Below the pieces are notes generated by a model. The model saw only the letters and a program-made list of their open reading frames with translations, was not told where the DNA came from and made no database searches. Source: Octopus sinensis (lineage: Eukaryota). From it: a stretch of DNA of 64,000 nt. Of the stretch, positions 56,571 to 64,000 are shown piece after piece. A program made the translations under genes and the position numbers. Within the stretch, counting starts at the first letter, position 1. Every line of letters begins with the position of its first letter. Location: assembly GCF_006345805.1 (NCBI RefSeq), contig NC_043021.1:23188001-23252000 (forward strand), read 5' to 3'.

Positions 56571-56715
56571 GCATTTATTTCCACACACACACACGCACAT
56601 ATACACATGTATGTATATTTATGTATATATATGTATATATATGTGCATATATATATCACTATTCACATGTATGTATCTGTCTGTCTGCGTGCGTGCGCGC
56701 GCGTGTGTGTGTGTG

Positions 56716-56752
<37 letters not shown>

Positions 56753-57116
56753 CGTTTCTTAATTAATACATTACGAACACAATTCTACGGGGGTTACAAC
56801 TAAACATAGATATGCAAATATCTCCATATGTGACTCACATCAAATACACCTGTCCTTGAACGACATCACCATACTCTTAGCCAATAAAGGAACGATATGT
56901 TGGCCAAAATACCAAGCAACTATACATCCGTATGAAGGATAGCCCCGCAGCATTTTGCAACACGTAAACAATCTGTTGTAAAGTGGGTTCCCTCACTGGT
57001 GTGATGTGTGACTGCCGTTGTATTGTAGCTACTGTTTACGCTAGTAGCCACAATAATTACTAGCCATCGGAAACCGTTGGATCTCTTCGTACCTCCTCGT
57101 TTTTTTTTTATATATA

Positions 57117-58447
57117 CTCAATATCTTTTCGTCTTAGGGTCTTTTTTTAGGAATTCAGTGTTCTTCCTTTTCCTTGAACGAGTGGCTTCGACTACTTGTA
57201 ACGATGTAGGAACCTGAAAAATGTCATATAGCCAATCCATCGGTATTTCTACTCTTGTTGGTTCCTTTTCTATCCTTATACTGATTTCTATATCTCCTTT
57301 ACATTCCATTTCTGCTTCTTGCACCACGTATTCCTACGTATGTTACAATTTCTCCTTCTTCCCAGTATTGCTTGCCATTTTTATACATTCTTACATATAC
57401 CTTATCACTGATTATAAAGAATTTTTGCATGTCTTTACTAGCACATATTTTTTCTTCACTGGTGACAGTTTATCAAATACTGACTTCACTTTTCTGGCAA
57501 ACATTAACTCTGCTGGTGAACTTCCTCCTGGCGCATTTGGGTTCAGAGTTACCCTGAATGCCCTTAAGAATTGTTGGAATGCAACCTCGTCCGTGGCCTC
57601 CTAATTAGCTTTCTTTAAAGCTCTCTTAAAAGTATCCACGAACCGTTCGGCCCTTCCATTTGAGCTAGGGTGATATGGTGCTATAGTTTTATGTTCTAAC
57701 GAGAACATCTCGCGAAATTTTTAAAACTCACTGGATACAAACTGTGTTCCGTTATCAGAGACAATTATACCCGGTACACCAAATCTTGCGAACAGCTCGT
57801 GTAAGAAGTTTATTACTGTATACGAAGTTGGTCGTTTACACCTCACAACCTCAGGCCATTTTGTATATCTGTCCACTACTATTAAATAATAATATTCACT
57901 TACCGGGCCTGCAAAATCGATATGCAAACGGGTCCATGGTATTTTCATTTCCGGCCAAGGTTCACATTTTGCAATAGGTAGTTTCACTGCCAGCGTACAT
58001 CCTTTTCAGCCTTTTACCAGGTTTTCAGCTTTCTTCCATACTTGGCCAGTATGCGAAACTCCACATCAGCACTTTCATTGTAGAGATGCCTGGATGTCCC
58101 AAATAGAACTCGTTTAGCATTCTCTTCTGTAATGTCTGTGGTGTGGCCATCTTCTGAGTGTAGATTAGTATACCATCACATATACAGTACACACTCACAC
58201 CTTGGTAGTTCTTTGCATCAGACCTTTCTTTATTTCCTTTTGTCGACCAGAGTTTTCTTTTTGTCTCATTAATAAATTTCTCATTTGTGGCATTTCTTGT
58301 TATTTCTTCCAAAGTTACTGGTAGTTCACACACGATGTTCCACATCACTTTTTTTCCACTTCTGCTCTTAGCGCTGCTGTTACGGTGTCCTCCAGTGGTT
58401 CGTTATTTCTCGGAATTAACCTAGACAGACCATTGGCATGTCCCAAG
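57117..58447 (-). mobile_element. Gypsy/Ty3 LTR retrotransposon pol fragment (RNase H end, zinc-binding region, rve integrase), disrupted
   Basis: GHANGLSRL; HPGISTMK...YWPSM; PWTRLHIDFAGP...LIVVDRYTKWPEV...FARFGVPGIIVSDNGTQFVSSEF; PYHPSSNGRAERFVDTFK; internal stops. Confidence 0.9.
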
Positions 58448-59436
58448 GCCCTCTTCATCCTCGGCAATGCTCCTGCTCACCCTCCTAACCTCGAAGGTGA
58501 TATCCTGGGCTAACTTAAATTTATAAAAGTTCTGTACGTTTCGTGCAAATCCACGCCTATCTTGTAGCTCATGGATCAACAGGTGATTTCTAATTTTAAG
58601 AAAGTGTACATCAAACACCTGTTTCGTCGGTGATTTGGAGTCACGGAAAATACAAATCTAACCCTTGGGTTTTGGAAGGTGATCTACAAAAGTGTAAATT
58701 GCTTGAAAGATCATCAATATGGCCTGGCAGGGTGTTACAAGGGGAACGCTGAATTCTGCATGAAGGAAACTGTGGCCTGACTGCGTATCCGAAAGAGACT
58801 TCGAGGGGTTTGAATCTGAGTTACCTGTAGTCGAGGAGATAGTGTTTCTTGGCAAGTCCATGGGCCTCGAGGTTGATGATGGGGACATTAACGATCTCGT
58901 CGAGGAACACTCAGAGAAGCTGACGACAGATGAACCCCTGTAGCTTCAGGAGCAATAGCATTTAGATGCGGTGGAAGAGATTGGTTTTCCGGAGGAGGAC
59001 AGTGTAGCGGAGAATGGCATCTATACGAGTGACATAAAGGCAATGTTGGCAAAATGGCAGTATGTTTCTGAATTTGTAGATAAATATCTTCCTGAAAAAG
59101 CAGCCACAGGTCGTATAGCTGGTTTATTTAATGACATTGCTCTGGTGCATTTTCGTAACACTTTGAAAGGTAGGAAAAAGCAGATTTCTCTTGATATGTT
59201 TCTAATGAAACGACTAATGCAAGTGTAAAAAGGGAAGAAAGTGAAGAAAGTGTAGGCGTAGGTGTGGCTGTGTGGTAAGTAGCTCGCTTACGAACCACAT
59301 GGTTCCGGGTTCAGTCCCGCTGCGTGGCACCTTGGGCAAGTGTCTTCTTCTATAGCCTCGAGCCGACCAAAGCCTTGTGAATGGATTTGGTAGACGGAAA
59401 CTGAAAGAAGTTCATCGTATATTTTATATATATATA

Positions 59437-59471
<35 letters not shown>

Positions 59472-60088
59472 TTGTGTGTCTGTGTTTGTTCCCCGAACGT
59501 CGCTTGACAACCGATGCTGGTGTGTTTATGTCCCCGTAACATAGCGGTTCTGCAAAAGAGACCGATAGAATAAGTACTAGGCTTACAAGGAATAAGTCTT
59601 GGGGTCGATTTGCTCGACTAAAAGGCAGTGCTCCAGTATGGCCACAGTCAAATGACTGAAACAAGTAAAAGAGAGTAAAAGAGTAAAGCGTGTCCAAAAA
59701 GCCTAAATTGAGCAAAGTGAAGCAGAAAAAGCCAGACATTGCTCTTCTTGAAGACTTAATGGAAAGAGAATCGCCTTCCAAGTAGTAATCTTTTTCCCCA
59801 AGCACCCTATCGCCTTCCTCGTGCACAAATTGTCCCTTTCATTTAATAAAACCAGTTTACATATTTCTTTTGCATTCTCTTTTTTATAATTGTCATTTTA
59901 CTTGTAACTACACCTTTTCTATTTTAAAACCCGTGGAAAACGTATTTTTGGATGGTTTTGGGGGAGCTGGAACGGACTGATTATATTTTAGTTAATTTCT
60001 ATGGGGAAAATTGATTGGTAAAACGAGTAAATCGTAAAACAAGCTCAGTCATGGAACGAATGAAACTCGTTCGGCGAGGTATCACTGC
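58448..60088 (+). mobile_element. Tigger/pogo transposon 3' half (DDE_1 transposase pseudogene)
   Basis: LGNAPAHPP...MDQQVISNFKK...AWQGVT...KLWPDCV...LGKSMGLEVDDGDINDLVEEHSEKLT...HFRNTLKGRKKQISLD; TIR-like GAGGTATCACTG near 60088. Confidence 0.85.
59254..59686 (+). mobile_element. Full-length family A SINE inserted in the Tigger element
   Basis: Matches 6566-6958. Confidence 0.9.
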
Positions 60089-60119
60089 ATATGTATACAT
60101 ACACACACACATATACACA

Positions 60120-60174
<55 letters not shown>

Positions 60175-60464
60175 ACACACACACACTCACACACACACAC
60201 ACACGCACACACACACGCACACACACACACATTATGTAGAGCACTTTCAGAAACGTGTGTGTGCTTGTCTTTCTGTCTGTCATTATCCCTCCCCACTACC
60301 TCACTGCTTGACAACCGGTGTCAGTGTGTTTGCGTCCCTGTAACTTAGTGATTCGCCAAAATAAACCGATAGATTAAGTACTAAGCTCTTTAAGGAAATA
60401 CTGGGATCGATTCATTCGACTAAAAATGCTCCACACACACACACACACACACACAAGAGGGAGA

Positions 60465-60694
60465 TGGGGCTGAAACATTACTGAAAAGTTACTGGAAAGT
60501 TACTCAGGTTATCGCGAAAGGCCTGGTTGGAGGCCCAACCTTCTGAGCTCTTATACAGGGCTTAGAAAAACTGAAGGACCGCTGCAATAAGTGTGTGAAT
60601 CTGAGAGGAGGAATATGTTGGATAAAATCATAATTAACCGATCCTCCTGTATTTTCTTTTACTCAAAGCCAGGAACTTTTCAGCAGCCCTACGT
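60465..60694 (+). mobile_element. Short mariner derivative
   Basis: GLEKLKDRCNKCVNLRG C-terminal remnant; TIR GAACTTTTCAGCAGCCC similar to 47921-47949. Confidence 0.65.
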
Positions 60695-61232
60695 GAAGTT
60701 CATCGTCTTTCGGAATTCGAACCACTCTTTATAAGAGACTATGGCACACTCGTGACGCAAGGGGTACTGTGGACAACAGTTATGTGTTAAATATTGAGAA
60801 GCAATTGGGATTAGAATATAAGGGGCACTGAATGGAGAAGATGTCGATGAAAACAATGGATGTCCTGATGTTATGGGTTTGTCCCTTCAATCAACACGAG
60901 AAAATACTAGCTGGTACTTCTGGATGCACGAGATGACACTATAAGCAATGGTGGGTGGGTAGAGACGTCCGGGTGGGGGGGAGCTGTTCTATCATGACCT
61001 AGGAAGTGGACGTCGCTGTCTTTGTCTTCATCGTCGAGGTCATCATCATTATTACCCTCAGGACCATGGTGATGATGATGATGATGATGATGATCATCAT
61101 CATCATCATCATCATCCTCATCATTATCATCACGATCGTCGTCGTTCGAGTAGTCCTCTTCCTCCTCGCTGTTGTCGTTGCTGCTATTGTCGTCATCGTC
61201 CCCACCACCACCACCACCACCACCACCACCAA

Positions 61233-61458
61233 TACCTATTTCTTTATTACCCACAAGGGACTAGACACAGAGGGGACAAACAAGGACAGACAAACGGATT
61301 AAGTCGATTGCATCGACCCCAGTGCGTAACTGGTACTTATTTAATCGACCCCGAAAGGATGAAAGGCAAAGTCGACCTCGGCGGAATTTGAACTCAGAAC
61401 GTAACGGCAGACGAAATACTGCTAAGCATTTCGCCCGACGTGCTGACGTTTCTGCCAA
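61233..61458 (-). mobile_element. Meta-domain SINE (family B)
   Basis: Matches 15131-15357. Confidence 0.85.
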
Positions 61459-62609
61459 TACCACCACCACAACCACCACCACCTCCATATGTATATATGT
61501 ATGCGTGTGTGTCTTTGTGTTCGTTTGTCACCCCCATAACTTAGCGGTTCGGTGAAAGAGATCGATAGAATAAGTACCGAACTTTTAAAAAATAAGTCCT
61601 GGATTTGGCTATAATATCGATCAGACCACTTCTCTCCCTTCCCAAATTTTATAACTATTATTTTATAATTCACAGGGTGGGCGGTGTAGAGTGAAAATCC
61701 GATCAATAACGGGTCTGTTCCTTTTCAATCTGTTCTAGCAGATTCAAACATGAATATGCCGATCGCTGTTGTTTTTTCGTCAACGGATGACACCGCCTTC
61801 CTTCAAAACACGTGTGTTTGTATATTTATCTATCGAGAAATTTTGCTCTCGTAAATTCAAATTCAATAGAATTACCCATTTATTTTGAATTTTTCCCGTT
61901 TGTCCCAAAATTTGTTCCGTTCGCCATAATTTTCTCCCCTTTATTTCCCCTTATACCCCCTTCTTCCGTTTGTTTGAAATCTTGCCCGTTTGTTTTTAAA
62001 TATTTACTTGAATAGGGTTCAAACTAAAAACATGAATAAACCACAATATGTCCGCGCAATAAATTCTGCCAAAAATTCTCTTACCTTTTTCAACAAATAT
62101 TTAATATCTGCCTGTATAACAACCAGACTGCTGTCTAAGCAAGCCCCATCAAGTGTCGTCTGCTTCCTTGAAATATGGAAACAACAGACAAGAGAGATAA
62201 CGTCACAGTGACATCACAGTGACGCTACAATATTGTAATTCATTTAAAAGATGACCTTTCTTCCTAAAAACCATCAATAAAAACAATGAAAGATAAATGG
62301 AAATAATAATGCAAAATGTTTTTTGACATTAAAATAAATGGAACTTCATAAAAAACAATTCCATAGAAATAAAGGATTTTTTTTATTTACCTTCAACGGA
62401 AAAAAAATACCAATGCAGAATTCCTGGTAAGTTGTTTGCGATGGAAAAGTTATTGGATTAAGTTCAGGGAGTTCGGATAAATTCAAAACATTTCTTTCTC
62501 TCCCAGACGCATGGCCACTTTCGAAAAACAAATTTTACTTCTTCCCATTGTGCACAAACTCACCCAAATTTCTAAATTCCACTGTGACATTTTGTTCAAC
62601 GTGTTGTGT

Positions 62610-62760
62610 GTATTGTGGCGTAAGAAGCATGTTTCCCAACGATATGGCTTCGAGTTCAGTCCATCTGCGTGGCGTCTTGGACAAGTGCCCTGTACAATAG
62701 TCTTGGTCTGACCAAAGCCTTGTAAATGGATTTGGTAGAAGGAAACTTACAATGAACCGC
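62610..62760 (+). mobile_element. Diverged family A SINE head
   Basis: GAGTTCAGTCC...TCTTGGACAAGTG...GACCAAAGCCTTGT. Confidence 0.6.
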
Positions 62761-63055
62761 AAAAGAAACGCGATTTTTTCAAATGTCATTTTTATATGGT
62801 AAATTCTGGAAATTTATTTCAGTGATGCAAGTGTAAATATTTCAAGACATGCTGGTTTATGGCTGAGACCCAAATTGCAGGTAACCTTCCGACTTACCCT
62901 GAAATGCGACACCAAAATGCAGCTGTGTTCAATGCTGTGAGTGACAGTCGCGAACAATTATCATGAAAACCGAAATGCACGTGCATCTCGTGGAGGCTAT
63001 GGGTACAAAATCAACTTGAATCGCGTTCCTGGTATTCATAATTTGGACACATCAA

Positions 63056-63543
63056 GGCGGCGAGTTGCCAGAATCGTTAGCACGCCGGCCGAAATGCTTA
63101 GCGGTATTTCGTCTGCCGCCACGTTCTGAGTTCAAATTCCGCCGGGGTCGACTTTGCCTTTCATCCTTTTGGGGTCGATAAATTAAGCACCAGTAATGCA
63201 CTGGGGTCGATGTAATCGACTTAATACCTATGTCTATCATTGTTTGTCCCCTCTGTGTTTAGCTCCTTGTGGTTAGTAAAGAAATAGGTATTCATAATTT
63301 GGACGCATCAAGGCGGCGAGCTGGCAGAATCGTTAGCACGTCGGGCGAAATATGTAGCCGTATTTCGTCTGCCGTTACGTTCTGAGTTCAAATTCCACCG
63401 AGGTAGACTTTGCCTTTCATCCTTTCGGGGTCGATAAATTAAGTACCAGTTACGCACTGGGGGCGATGTAATCGACTTAATCCGTTTGTCTGTCCTTGTT
63501 TGTCCTCTCTGTGTTTAGCCCCTTGTGGGTAGTAAAGAAATAG
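63056..63543 (+). mobile_element. Two full tandem Meta-domain SINEs
   Basis: Two ~230-bp copies, flanked and separated by the same ~25-bp sequence. Confidence 0.9.
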
Positions 63544-63569
63544 GTATTCATAATTTGGACGCATCAGGT

Positions 63570-64000
63570 ATGACCCGATTGTCAGCAGCGCAGAGAGAAC
63601 AAGCCATCGGCCGATTGCAAGCAGGGCAGCATGTCCTGGTTGTTGCGAAGGCTTACAATGTCCATGTCGGCACCATCTATCGCCTGCAACAGCAATACAA
63701 CAACACCAACAGCATTGCAGACCGTGCCCGAAGAGGGCTTCCCTCGGGTGACCACGCCCAGGCAGGACCGCTTCATCGACCTGCAACACATCCGTGATCG
63801 CTTCAGACCGGCCAGCGTGACACCTCGGGGGAGACCATTGACACTGGAAAGTGACCCATCAGCGACAACACGATGCAACGTCGACTGGCCGCCAACAACC
63901 TGTGTTGCCGTCGTCCTGCTCGAGGGCCTGTCCTCACCGCCCGTCACCATCTGGCACGACTACAGTGGGTTACACAGCACCGACATTAGCGGCAGCAACA
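63570..64000 (+). pseudogene. Tc1-family transposase N-terminus (frameshifted), running off the window
   Basis: MTRLSAAQREQAIGRLQAG...VAKAYNVHVGTIYRL...ADRARRG..VTTPRQDRFI...RDRFRPA...ISDNTMQRRL...RRPARGPVLTARH. Confidence 0.85.

Noticed and set aside
60907-61302. Acidic/His-rich 115-aa ORF
   Set aside because: Derived from (GAT/CAT/CAC)n low-complexity sequence next to a SINE

Overview
AT-rich, repeat-saturated eukaryotic DNA with one 100-N scaffold gap. The SINE families and (TA)n/(CA)n/(TACA)n microsatellites point to an Octopus-type cephalopod genome (inference). I found no intact host protein-coding gene; almost all listed ORFs are microsatellite artefacts or decayed transposon pieces (mariner, Tc1, Tigger/pogo, CR1, RTE, Gypsy integrase, non-autonomous Helitrons, several tRNA-derived SINE families). 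The standout is a ~5.3-kb array at 48985-54328 of a ~490-bp unit: about 10 direct copies preceded by one inverted copy, embedded in (TA)n. Each unit carries a type I hammerhead ribozyme motif (ATTCCTTA-CTGATGA...GAAAC-GGTGCATC-GTC-TAAGGAAT) inside a unit rich in G-U-containing hairpins. This fits a retrozyme-like or circular-RNA-derived concatemer. Several unrelated hammerhead-like motifs occur in Penelope-type repeats, including a G3:C8 core-swap variant inside a ~277-bp near-perfect palindrome. All structures were folded by eye, and coordinates of decayed elements are approximate.
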